Below, one piece after another: positions 1 through 14,955 of a stretch of DNA of 64,000 nucleotides (the stretch's first letter is position 1; the number at the start of each line of letters is the position of its first letter). The notes under the pieces are model-generated. The model had not been told where the DNA came from and searched no databases. It saw only the letters and a program-made list of their open reading frames with translations. The translations under genes were made by a program, and so were the position numbers. The DNA comes from the human T2T-CHM13v2.0 reference genome, Homo sapiens. The stretch is from the NCBI RefSeq assembly GCF_009914755.1, contig NC_060933.1. One strand, written 5' to 3'.

Positions 1-203
1 AAAAATGATCACATACATGATTAGCATAGTGCCTGTCATATAGGAAATGGATGGCTCAAAAGGTTAACTTAAAAGAACTTTAAAAGGGTGGGGGAGAACG
101 GCGGGGCTCCCATATAAAGTACTGAGGACGAATCTACTTAAGGATATTCTTACACATTTATTCTGTGAATGCTCTTTAGTGGTCTTGGAGCTTTACAAGC
201 TAC

Positions 204-228
204 AAAAAAAAAAAAAAAAAAAAAAAAA
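204..228 (+). repeat. Poly(A) tract
   Basis: Run of about 25 A with no attached Alu body. Confidence 0.9.
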
Positions 229-1789
229 CCTCTAAGTACTATACAATCAGGTCTTATTTTTCACCCAAACCAACAGCACCTAGCTCCACTAGTTACCTTA
301 TCCACCAGATTTGGCTCAGGGTATCTTTTTGGCTCTTTACAAGAATTTTCAAATTCCTTTAGTGGGGTGGCTATTCCTAACAACATGCCTCTGGCTCCTG
401 TGACAGTTCCCGCACAAGGGACTGGAAAATGGTGTTAAGTAATGGCACCCAATAGACATAACCTGGTTCCCAGGCATGCACTTCGAAGGGGCTACGATTA
501 GTTTGTGTGTAATCCCTTGATGTTTCTCCCTTTCCAGAAGCCAAAGCCTCCTTCCCCTGACACTGCATCATAACGACCTATATTCATGGCCACCTCTCCT
601 ATTGACTAGGACATGACCTTGGGCAAGTTATTCCGCCTTTCCAAATGGACTGGCTGTTCTGTAAAATGGGAATAATATCTATCTTCTAGGAATGCTGATG
701 GAATTGTATTATCTCTATTAAGATCTTTGACCTACTTGCTCTCCATAGAGTTCCAAAAAGCAGTATGAATTAAGCTCAGATATGAAAATATGGAAGAAAA
801 ATGGGGCCTTTGTGCTACAGGGAATCACACTGAAGTATTTACATTAGAGAACAAGATTTAGTTAAGCCTTCCCTATTTATCATTTATAAAGGAAAACAAT
901 CAATATACATTAACTGAGCAAAGAGAACAAAAACTTACATTTTTCTTATACAGAATATCACAATGTTATTGACCGAGAAACCCCGAAATGCATATTACCT
1001 GCCTCTGAACTAAATATTGTTGAGTTTGTCTCTATTGACACAGCCATTTTTATAGAAGACAGCACTCGAGTGCTAGACAGCTTTTATCTTTCATGTGCTT
1101 GGTGGCTCTGAGGAGCATTAAGCCTCCATCTTATCAAACACAATTGAGAAGAATGTGGTTTGTCAAGTATTGCAGGCCACATCAGGATCTGTCAAGAGAG
1201 GTTCCTCAAAAAATCTCAGGCTGAGATGGCCTTTGCATATCCCCCTCCGCACCAGCCCCCATCTAAAAGATAATAAAAAGCCACTCTTAAGGAAATAAAA
1301 GGCAACAATTGGGAAACTTTCAAATTCTGAATTTGAAGAGGTCCAAAGGTGTGAATACAACAGAAGTCTGCTCAGCTACGTCATCCCCAAACTCCGCAGA
1401 ACCTCTCAGGATGCTGCCAACTGCACGTGACATACAAGGAGAACCCCACCTCCTCCAGAGAAGCTTCTACCAGCAATCCATGAAACTTCGAACCCAGTTA
1501 AGAATCAACTCTTTGTTAAGAAAAGCCTTTTAAAAGTCATAGTAATACATATTCATAGATTTCAAAACAAAACAAAAAGTAGTCAAGGCTTATCATGAAA
1601 AGGAACAGTCCACTTCACCATTCTTCTTACACCCTTCACTCGAAGTAATCACATTCAACACAGGATTTATCTCCTTATTTCTAAATCACGAATTCTTGGT
1701 TTCACATTTTCCACATTAAGACTTGGATTCTGCCTTCCCTTTGCAAATGAACTGTTATCCTCTCAGAGGCCAGTCACCCCGCTTATCCG

Positions 1790-2650
1790 GTTGTCTTCAT
1801 TCCACAAATATTTATCGTGGTGTTACCACAGGCACTGGGGGCACAGCAGTGAAGGAAACGGGCAACAATCCCTGTCTTCATGACGTTTACATTCCAGTAG
1901 GGTAGGCCCTTAATAAACTGGACAATAAAATTTGATTTCCCATTATAGAATTTATTAATTTATTATAAACGTCTGCAAAAGCTACGTACCAGGCTGTGTT
2001 CTGAGAGCTATGCAAGTATTAACTCATTTTAATTTTACTTCAAAGGAGGTCACTGGTGACTGGAAAAAGACACTAAAACAAGTCCACCTGTTTTAGTGGA
2101 CAGGTGGGGACTGAATCCTAATGGAAGACTGAGGAGAGAATGAGACCAGAGGAATTAGTAAATAGGTAACTCTCTTGAGGAATTCTGTTCTGAAAGGGAG
2201 ACTAGAAATGGGATAAAGGGGATACGGGTCAAGAAAGTTTTGTTTTGAAGTCTGGGAGCTTCTATAGCATGTTGGCATGCTCATAAGAATGTGCCAGGAG
2301 AGAAGAGAAAATAATAATAGATGCAGGAGAGAAGAGCTTGCTTACTGCTGGAGTAATTTCCTTGAAGGAAACCACAGTGTCGCCTTTCCTGTTGGCATTC
2401 TGAGGCCATCTACCTAAAACTGCAATCCCTGCCACTCTCCACTCCCCATCCGCTCTCTTCGGCTTTATTTTACTCCTTAGTACTTTCCATTTCCTACCGT
2501 ACGAGATATTTAACTCCTCTGACTTATCGAGGACCTATGATACTAGAATGCAAGCTTCATGAGGACAGGGATTGTTGCCTGTTTTGTTCACTGCCGTAAT
2601 CCCCAGTGCCTATGGCAATGTCACGATAAATATTGCAGAATGAAGTAAGT
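1790..2650. mobile_element. L2 fragments in both orientations with a MIR piece
   Basis: cattccacaaatatttat...caggcactggg (L2 3' end, minus) and tagaatgcaagcttcatgaggacaggg...ataaatattgcagaatgaa (L2 3' end, plus). Confidence 0.7.
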
Positions 2651-3083
2651 TGGACAAGCAGAGTGACTGGCCTCAGAGAGGACAGACGGTTCATCCACAA
2701 AGGGAATGCAGAGTCCAGGAGTACAGGCCCAGGAAGCTGAGCAAAGTGGTGTGGGATCTTGGCACTCTCTCCTGAGGGCTTCCATTAGATGGGTATAGAA
2801 TTCTAGGTTAGAAATCATTTTCCCTTAGAAGGTCAAGACACTGCTTCACTGTCTTCTGGTTTCCAGAACTGCCACTGCCAAATCTCAGGCAATGTTGATT
2901 CTTAATCTTTGTACAAGAACTGCTTTGTCTCTATCCCTGATACTCTAAAATCTCATGATAAAGGAGCTTTGTACCTTCTTTTTAGGCCTCTAAAAAATTT
3001 TGAATTATATTAAGTATGTATGTCATATAAACAACTTTCAAAGAAAAAAAAAATGTAAGAACCCCAAACCTACCACCTTGGCT

Positions 3084-3292
3084 CAGGGGCCAGCAAACCA
3101 CAGTGAAAAGGCTAAGCCTGGCCTGCTGCCTGTATTTGGCAATAAAGCTTTGTTGGCACACAATCATACACTTAGTTTACCTCTGTTCGATTACAAGGTT
3201 GGAGCCCAGCAGTGGCAACAAGGACCATATGACCTGCAAAGGCGTATTTATTATTTGACCCTTTATAGCAAAATGTGTTAGTTCCTCACCTG
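3084..3292 (+). mobile_element. MER58-like hAT-Charlie DNA transposon
   Basis: caggggccagcaaac...gcctgtatttggcaataaagctttgttggcacac...gaccctttatagcaaaatg resembles the MER58 consensus. Confidence 0.7.
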
Positions 3293-3299
3293 GCTTAAG

Positions 3300-5600
<2,301 letters not shown>

Positions 5601-5689
5601 TCCTTTATTTCATTTTAGTTTTGGGAGGAAGCAGAAATAATTTTGTGTGTTTAATCCACCACATTTATGAGAGCAAAATCACACAGAAG

Positions 5690-5820
5690 GTTCATTCTTC
5701 CTTATCTATAAGATGGAAGTAATTACAGAACCCACTAAGGCTGTCGTAGTAAGGATTAAATGAGTTCATACATGAAAAGTGCTTAGGACAGTGCATGGCA
5801 CACAGTAAGGGATCAAAAAC
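5690..5820 (+). mobile_element. MIR
   Basis: aggattaaatgagttcatacatgaaaagtgcttaggacagtgcatggcacacagtaag matches the MIR 3' core. Confidence 0.75.
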
Positions 5821-6440
5821 ATCATGATTAAATGATAAGGAATTCATTTCCACTGAGACGATGTCATGTTTTTGTTGACTGAAATTTAATAATCTAAAGC
5901 AACAGTAACTGGTTATGGACTAGACTCTTTCAAAGAGGTGATGATAGATGTGGTTGACAATATTCTCATTCTGAAACTCAGTCTGGGTGTTTGTGCCCTG
6001 AAATTATGAACTGCACGTATGGTGTAAAATAAAATGTAAAACAAAGCAAGAGGTCTACTATAGGCTATTCTTAACACATACTAGGCAATTAAAAAAAACT
6101 GAGTTCTTGATGAGCAATCAATAACCAAAGAAATAATAAAATAATGAAGGTATAATAAAAACTGTAAGGAAAACTCTAGTAGTCTCAGAGAGTTTTCATT
6201 ATTAGGTGCCTTTTATTCATAAGTAAACACATAACTTGATTTTATCCATAGGCCCTTCATTAGGGAACTCTCCACTTATAAAAATATTTTTCTACTCTCT
6301 CTAACAGAGGGATGCCTATTAGGCATTCTACTCCCAGTCAATTTCTGTATATAAGTTTTGTCTACAAACAAAAACAACAACAAACTCAGCAAACAGATAT
6401 TGAATTATTTAGGGGAAAGTAAAGTGACGCCTGTGATTTA

Positions 6441-6773
<333 letters not shown>

Positions 6774-6959
6774 CTATGGATGATAAATAGTTGAATAAAT
6801 ACATGATAAAGCAACTGATACAATGTCACTAGTAGAATTTAGATGGAAGTATATCAGCATTCACTGTAAAATTATTTCAGCTTTCTATAATGGCTTAAGA
6901 ATTTTCATAAAAAATATTGGGGAAAATGTGAACTCATACTTAGCAAGTGAAAAACTAAA

Positions 6960-7790
6960 ATAAAAGGAATATAAAAATATTTATATTATACACACAGCAA
7001 AAGTTATATAGAAAGTTCATTATAATTAATAAAAAAATCAAGACACCTATAAAATAAATGTGAAAGGATATTAACAAAATACAAATAAAAAAATAAACCC
7101 ATGGAAAATATTCAGTTACCTCTAACCAAAGAGGTAATTCTAAAATTAAAGCAAGCCTGAAATACCATAGCACATCTACTTTCTTAGCAGAATTAAAACA
7201 CCTGAGCACATGCACGTACACACGTGCGCACATGCGCGCACACACACACTCTCTCTCTTTCCTGGCAAAGCTGCGGTGAAAATGGTGCACTCATCTACAG
7301 CTGGCAGCCTTCACTGTAAACAAGCACCGCCTGTTTGCAAAGCAATTTGGCAGTCCCTAAGTCATAGCGCTTATCAAGCCCTTTGACCTAGTGTCCCACT
7401 CCTTAGAATATAACTGTAACAGTCAAAAGAAGCCAAAAGATGTTCATTGCAGTATTATCTACTAAAAGGATTAAATCATAATGAACAACCTAAATGGCCA
7501 TCAAGAGAAGGATTTAGTAAATAATGACACACCCGTATCATGAAATATGGTGTAGACATTAAAAAATGACAATTGAAGCTCATGTAGAAACCTGCAAAAT
7601 GTTCATAACACACAATCAAATGGAAAGCTATTTATAATTGACTGTGCGACTACAGGAATAAATGAAATGTGCATTGGCACTGTAAAAAAAAAAAATGAAC
7701 AATTAATGAAAATGACATGCTGCCATATAAGGGGACTGTAGCTGACTCCTTTTTCTAAAATTTTCTTTCATCTTGCTGGTGTATCTTTCA
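6960..7790 (+). mobile_element. Old L1ME-like fragment containing an RY microsatellite
   Basis: gcaatttggcag...ctttgacctag...gatgttcattgcagtattat resembles the L1 ORF2/3' UTR. Confidence 0.6.
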
Positions 7791-7837
7791 ATTAAAATTA
7801 GATCATTAAAAAGCCAGTCTTAAGACTGTCTACTCAC

Positions 7838-7948
7838 AGTGCTGAGTTTGCTGCAAATGATGAGTATCCGGCGTTCGTACAGCATACTGGCGTACAGATG
7901 CAACATGTTGTTAACATCCACAGCCACAAAATATTCTGTCAGATTTCT
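7838..7948 (-). CDS. DENND1A: DENND1A coding exon (probably exon 9), 111 nt, phase 0-0: RNLTEYFVAVDVNNMLHLYASMLYERRILIICSKLST (core DENN)
   Basis: ttctttctcctAG|AGAAATCTG...AGCACT|GTgagta; contains the cDENN-type motif 'LYASMLYERRILI.S.KLS'. Confidence 0.98.
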
Positions 7949-9099
7949 CTAGGAGAAAGAAGAAGGCACGGTTTGTGGCTGATTTTCTTTGTTCTTATTA
8001 TAACTGTATCTAATAAGAGCATAAGAAACATAAAATAATCAGAAAGTATACTCTGTTCTTTCCCTGTCCTTTTCTTTCTACCTGGGAGGCCAAATCCCCA
8101 CATGTGTAAAATCATGAAGGGTAAAGTTGGAAGACACCTTACAGAGGAAGGAGCCTGAGCAATTACATCTTTGTGTGGTGATTACAACATGAGGTCGCAT
8201 CCAGCACTTAGGTCAGTTCCTAAAGGTGAGCAGAACAGGAATTCTACATATCTTACAAATGAGGAAACCAAGACTCAAAGAGATTCTCCAAGATGGAACA
8301 GTCTAATAAGCAATGAAGACAGGACTGCTGCTCAAATCTTTGGGCCCCAGATCCTAGAACCTTCCCGATGTGCTGTGCCATACGCCTAAGCAAAAGAAAG
8401 TACCCAGGGACCAAAATGCTTCTGGCACTGAGCCTGTTTCTGTGCAGGAGATGCCACCCACGAAGGCCAGGCGAGCTCCTCTCCCGTCATCACTGCTGGT
8501 ATCCCCTCCTTCACAGTTTACATTTGCTAAAACGGCTCAGCTGGAATTAAGGCAATTTCGAACATTTACAATTTCCAGGTATTTCACTCAAAAGGGGAAA
8601 AAAAATTGAAGACAAACAGCAGCAAGTTGTGACAAAGCAGTGTTTTAACTAGCTTTTTTCCACCCCTGTAGCCTGGGCTTCAGTCTTTTAATTAGTACTA
8701 TAGATTGGTACTCTTCAGATTTCAGAAAAAAAATGGAATGTGTTTCATTTATACAACGCTTTCTATACCCACCTGACTTTAATAATACACATGAATATGC
8801 TAATTTCTTCAATGTTACAGGTTTTCAATGCCATACAATATAATCCTCTGAAAATGAAAGGGGTTTGGGAGGGAAGGAATGCTATTGCCAGGCGTTGCAG
8901 TTTATAATGATTAAAGATCTATAACCCATAAATTGAAGTAAACCAGGTGGATTTTACATGCAAAATAGCACAAAGTGCTTTTCAACAATATTATGGGCTG
9001 GGAGTAAAAATGGGCACTTATCTTATAATTTATTATTGTTTGACTGAAGTACCAAGTTAACCATCAACCTTTATAAATACAGAGCAAGTGAATTAACAG

Positions 9100-9860
9100 C
9101 TCTATATACTAACTACCTATCAAGTGCCAGCCACTGTACCAGACACTGTGGATGTGTAATTGTGCAGTCTTCACAAAAATCCAGTGAGGCGTTATTCTTT
9201 CCAATATAAAGTCTGGGAGAGGTCAGCAACTGGCAAAGTCAGATCTGACTCCATGGCCTATACGCTTTCCCGTACACAACACTGTCCCTCTTATGCACAT
9301 CTATTGTTTGAAAGATTCACATCTATTATTAAACATGTCACTTAATCTTCAAACTGTTCCTTGAACTAAGTATTATTATCCCTCTACGAAGATGAGAAAA
9401 CAGTGGCACAGAGAAGTTGTGTAATTTGACAAAGGTCACGCAGTAAGTGGATGTGACATGATTCAGTCCTGAGTGGGTCTGTCTCTAAATCCATGCTCTT
9501 TTTATTCCACACAAAATTGTAGGTAAAACTCATATTTGGAAAAAGAAACGCAACAAGATCAAGTATGCCTAAAGAAAGGAAAATGCTTCTGTTAAAAATT
9601 ACCGTTACCCCATTCACGGAGTGATCTGTATGTGGCAGGCAACAGGTGCTTTTCCTGTGTTCTTTCCAATCTTCCCAACAAGCTTGAGACAGGCATTATC
9701 ATCTCCATTATATAGATGAGAAATAAAAAAAAAAAAACTGGAGGCTCAGGAAGTCTCAGTAGACTTCTAAAGGTCACCCAGCTAGAAAGGGGAGAGCCAT
9801 GTTTCAAAACTAGATCTCCTCAATCCAAAACTCATACCCTAACCACCACACCAACTTGCC
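9100..9860 (-). mobile_element. Cluster of MIR elements
   Basis: cattatcatctccattatatagatgag...aaactggaggctcagg...aaggtcacccagctag and two similar cores. Confidence 0.75.
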
Positions 9861-11699
9861 TCTTAACAAACTCAGTGAAAAACAAAACAGCAAACACCAA
9901 AGGCAGTCGGAAGGAGTCAACCAGTGTATCTTGGTTCCTCCACTGGACGGAGGAACACAGAGCTAATGATGTAAGGGTGGGGTTTGCTCTGAAGACGGTG
10001 ACATGGCACAGCTCTCCTCACAAACAAAAATATGAGGCCCTTCACTGAGCATTTCAGTAAAAAGCTTAACTGCTGATGAATTACATGAATTTTTCTTTTA
10101 GGAGAGGATGGAAGTAAAAAGAAAATAGAAATGAGGAGCTTAAAGAAGGCCAGAAAGCCCATTAGCACTTTTGACAGATCCAAAGATAACTCTGAAGCCA
10201 CCAAAACGTGGCCTCAAGAGTCTGCCAAGAAGCTTCACGCTGGGGAGAAATATGTTACACAGCTTGCCGTCCAAATAGGGAGACACAGCGTCAGAGACAA
10301 ATCCTGCGCCTTATTTTGGTGGGAGAAAAAAAAATCACAAGGATACTTTTGTGGATGGGAAGGAAACATTTCTGAAATAAAAACACCATTTGATTGAGGC
10401 ATGTCCCCCATCTCCAATCAGATTCTGAGGGACTCAGGTGCTTGTTCCAAAAACTCTACACAGGTATGTTAAAAATACGTAACATTTAGCCAAATTCTCT
10501 CTAAACTGTCATGTACTTTTTTTGGTATTTCTCATCCCATCTGTGCTGATTACCAAGATATTTGTGTCTAAACAGAAGCTGTCTTTCTTATCTGCTTCCT
10601 CCCCTGCCTCTTTCCTTCTGGGATGCCACCCGCCTGAGCGGGTGGGAGTGGGTGGGAGTGCCAACAGCCCTGGGAACCTCGCTCAGCCGTGGGAGCACCT
10701 GTGGGGCAGAGCGGGGCCCCAGGAGCAGCTGCAGGGAGCACTCGCAGTTCCCATCAAGCCTCAGTTCAGAAGCACGCCCCATGGAGTCAGGAATCTCCCT
10801 CCCCCAGCCACACCAATCCTTACTCTCTCAGGCCTGCCATGTCCTGAGAGACAATTGAGTGAAATACCTGGAAATTGTAATTACTCCTGCTGTGTCCTCT
10901 GCCTCGAATGCCCCACTCTTCCTTGAGGACACCCGCTTACTTTTCAAGGCCCAGCTCCAATGTCACCTCCTCCCGGGAGACTTCCTCAATTCATTTGTCA
11001 AGTTCTCCTGTATGCTTCCATTGTCCCCATCTTACAGTAACTCAGTTTTAAGTATGTTTTTGCCACGAGACGGGGTCCTGTTAGGTGAAGCTGCTTCTCC
11101 CATCATCCAGCAGTTTGATGACAGCAAGCTCGGTGCACGGAGGAAGCAATGGCTGAGGGTGCTGGTCCCTCACTCAGGCGAGAACAGTGCAGTGAGGAAT
11201 GCACCAGCCCAGAAGATGGACCAGGTGGGACATTAGGAAGAACGTAGCATGTGACTCCAGAAAACCTGGCTCTGAGCCAGATGAAGCAATTGATTACTCA
11301 GTAATGGTGAAGAACCCGCAGAAAAAGAACTGCCACTGGAAGCTACACAAAGACCGGTAAGTAACTGGGAATGGCGGAGGGAGGGAGGGGTGACTTTTCA
11401 TGGTAGCTGTGGCTACATGTATTAAAAATGTAAATAAATTAGTGGTTTATCAGGTAACTGGGGTGAGGGCTGTACACAGAAGCATGTGTTCATTTCACAG
11501 CCAGGCCAAGCATATTTCTCCGATGGGTAAGATCAGAGGATAGAAGGGAGGACTTCCGCGGCAGGCTGTCCTCAGTCAAGACTACAGCCAGAACACGTTA
11601 TGAGCTTCTGCTGATAAAAGACACAAGATAAGCCACTCTCCCAGCACTTTGCTTCTCCTGCAGACTAAATCCTCATCCTCTCATTTCTATCTCCTATAA

Positions 11700-12420
11700 T
11701 CAGGCAATCAACACACACTTATTTAACTCCTACTATGTGCCTAGCACCCTCCTGGGAGCTAGGCCTGCAGAGATAAACTAACTGTGATCTCCATCTTCCT
11801 GCTTACTCTGGGGTGGGAGGGACATTAGACTCAGAAATCCAGTATGCAACATACCGTGGTTGAGGCTACACTCCAGGCATGGCTGAGAAGCCTCACTCCC
11901 CTTGACGGATATGCAGGGGAAGGCTGGAGAAAGTGTGACAGAGAAGACATTTGGTCTGGGCCTCCAAACAGGGGTTCACTCAGTGGACCAGGGAAGAAGC
12001 ATATTCCAGGCAGAGGCAAAGACAGGGTGGGGAGAGGAGCGCACACGCAGGGAAGAGAGTGAGAGGCAGGGCGGGGAGGGAGAGCAGGGGGCAGGGGAGC
12101 TAGGGACAGGGCAGTGCTGAAGGATCCTGACATGACCCTATTTGTGTTTCAGAAAAATCTTCCTAGAGACTCTGTGGAGGACAGATAAGAGGGCAAACAG
12201 GAGGCAGGACAGTCAACTAACAGGCTGCTGCCATATTCTGGGAAAGAAATGATTAAAATATACATTAGAAAACCAATTCAGACAAAAGCTTTGGGTGTAG
12301 ATGTCAGGGATATCCATAAAGTAGAATCACAGGACTTGACGATGAATTAGACTTGGGGAGGGAAGGAGAAAAAAATCTCAAGTGACCCCTGGACTTCTAG
12401 ATTACTATGCACCATACTAG
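11700..12420 (-). mobile_element. L2 fragment
   Basis: acttatttaactcctactatgtgcctagcac...attccaggcagagg...tagaatcacaggacttg. Confidence 0.7.
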
Positions 12421-13805
12421 TCTACTTGCCCAAATAGGTTTTTAAAGGGAGAGTCCATTCTTTTAATAAAGGATAAATCCTCCTTCTAAAGCACCATAAT
12501 TTCTGTCAAACATGGTGTCCCTGGCCACCTCTTCCTAGGCTTAGTGTCCTGGGCTGTAATGCCACCATGGCTGAGCCTAAGTAACCACTTTCTTCATTCT
12601 CTGCCAATTACTTCTCTGTGTGACTCACCTACTTGGAAAGGAAAACCTTGCTTCAAGGACTAGTTCCCAGTTTCTGTGCTCAAAAGGTCTCGGTTTTCTT
12701 AGTGCCAGTAAGTTTTTAGGCTTGAGGATATTCCTTTCCTACTCATGGAGTTTAAACATTATTTCAGTTACACATACATTTATGTCCCCATGAGCATGTG
12801 CCTCTCCACCTAGCATCTCTTCTGGCCACACTCTCTAGGGCTGGGTAGCACAGCTACAAAGCTATCCCCCACCCAGGCTGGAAAGGGCTCAAATCTGAGG
12901 AAGGTCTCTGGACAGAGCAGCCTGCAAGGTGCACTTCAGAAGAAGCCTGCAACGCACAAGCTCCTTAGACTCTTGGCTCCCACTTCTCATCTCTGCAAAG
13001 AAACGTTGGTAAGCGTCAGGTCAAGTGCGAACCCCCTGTGGCTCTAAATCCAGACAAAGAGAAAGGGAATGGCACCTGGCAAAACCCCCATCCTCCCAGG
13101 AGAAGCCTTATAATGGCTGCTCCCTTCTAGCTGTCCCTGCTGGCTCCTGCACCAATCCAGGTGGCTGGGGACTTGAGGCTCACTGTGATCCATGCCTGAG
13201 GTTACGAAGCAGGTGGGGGTGGTGGCGATGGGGGGAGTTGGAGTGGGGTGGGGATGGGAGGGGATATAGTGGGGCTTAGAGAGAAAGCGTCTTAGGTTCA
13301 ATACCTTAGGGAAATGAGATAATCCTCAAACCAAAGAACTGACTCTAAGCTGGGTACTCCTTGGAGCCTTCGAAACAGATGCTAGTCCGCCCCACTGTCT
13401 GTCATTTTATTAGTCTTTGTGACTTTCCACTTCATACATGGTACACATGATAAAGACCTACTGTCTTGTGTCTGAAGGCAGCTTCCAAGGCAAGAGGCTT
13501 GGTTTTGTCAGTGGGTCTTGTTTACTGAAATAACTCCTATTCAAATTATTTTACCATAATAAAAATTTTTAAAACCCTCAACTGATTTTTTTTTTTTAAG
13601 AATTTAGGTAACCTTAGTTGGGAGGGATTCTTTAAAGGGAATTATAAATTTGGATTATAAAACAATCTGCTTAAGAAAGAATCCCAGAAATTCACATAAG
13701 CAATCAAATCAGAGAAGAGTATTCTAGAAAGGAAAGCAGAGTTTACTCAGAGGTCAACTTTCATCCCTCCATGTGAATAGAAAAACCATTAGAATAAACA
13801 ATTAC

Positions 13806-14091
13806 CTGACAACTCTTAAGAGCAACAATGGAATTCTCTATAATCGCAGTTCTTGATAATAGGTCTTCTACTACCACTTCAACTTTGTTTATGTTTGAAA
13901 GTCATGATGAGTTCATAAATCTTTTCTATATCATGGCGCATCTTTTGACAAAGTGGAGTCTGGGCAATGTTATATGTAACTGTCCATTCTAACTGCTTTC
14001 CTCGCATCATTAACCACTTGGTATGACACCAACGAGATAATTAAGACAGGTTTGTTTAATATTCCAAATGAAGGTCTATATGATTATCCAT
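13806..14091 (-). pseudogene. Candidate disabled alternative first coding exon of DENND1A
   Basis: ATG at 14091 and in-frame ATGATG at 14010, with two TAA between them. The frame is open for 43 codons from 14010. An overlapping +1 frame is open to CAG|GTAATT at 13806/13805. The span 14010-13806 is 205 nt = 68 codons + 1. Non-repetitive sequence. Confidence 0.4.
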
Positions 14092-14134
14092 TAATCAAAA
14101 GTAAACTTCAAAACCTGGACACTAAAAAAAAATC

Positions 14135-14143
14135 CTTTATATA
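14135..14143 (-). promoter_or_regulatory. TATA-box match (TATATAAAG) upstream of the candidate alternative exon
   Basis: Minus strand gcTATATAAAGg matches TATAWAWR, about 45-50 nt before the ATG at 14091. AT-rich context makes a chance match possible. Confidence 0.3.
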
Positions 14144-14524
14144 GCTGGTTTACAATGTAATTATTACTACATAACTGTTCATGATCTGTGACTTTTTTTT
14201 AAATGCAGGTCAACTGTTTAAAATTTATAAAGATTTATGCTCATTTAATTATTGCCTGCATAAAATTCACTCCTACATGTGTTATCTTGATAGACAGAGA
14301 AAACCCTGATGAGCAATTACAGAGTGATAGTTTTTCAGTGAAAAGAAAGAAAATATTTTTACAAAGAAATTGTAGAAATAATGAGAATTAACTTCAATGG
14401 GGATCTGAAAGGGAAAAGAATTAATTTTTTAAGTTTGCTTTTCATTAATGTCTTGCAGACAAATTGGCCCAAAAGCCAACTGAAAGGAATTGTTCTTTTT
14501 TCTTCTCCTGGGGGTGGCTACATG

Positions 14525-14955
14525 TTCATTCATTCATTCAGTCATTCGTTCAGTCAATAAATACATATTGGGCATCTATTCTGTTCTGGGTACAGTGCTA
14601 CTGTGAAAAAAAATACTGATCCCTGTCCTTAGAGAAGGAGAGAGGACATTTTACCAAACGTTCATTCAATTAATTATATAACTTACACATATGATGAGCA
14701 ATTTCTTAGATGGGCAGAGAGAGCCACGGAGCCAGGGCCCAGACCAGGCAGCATCTCAATGCTCAGATCATACCCACTGAAGGGTGAATCCTGGTTTTAG
14801 CACTTCCTGGTTTGGCAAGTTACCTCACTTCTCTGGGCTTCATTTCCTCTCCAGAACAGAGATAACAACCATACTATAAGGCTGTTGTGAAGATTTCATA
14901 ACATAACAAACAGTGCCCGATCTGATCCACAGTGGATGCTCAATAAATACCAGCT
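14525..14955. mobile_element. L2 3' end (minus) followed by MIR (plus)
   Basis: ttcattcattcattcag...ataaatacatattgggcatcta; ggcaagttacctcacttctctgggcttcatttcc...gctcaataaata. Confidence 0.7.

Noticed and set aside
11340-11440. Strong plus-strand donor CCG|GTAAGT suggesting an antisense exon
   Set aside because: Lies in what looks like a degenerate L1 3'-end fragment, with no supporting acceptor or promoter.
14464-14479. NFI-like TTGGC...GCCAA palindrome upstream of the candidate exon
   Set aside because: Spacer is 6 nt, not the canonical 5 nt.
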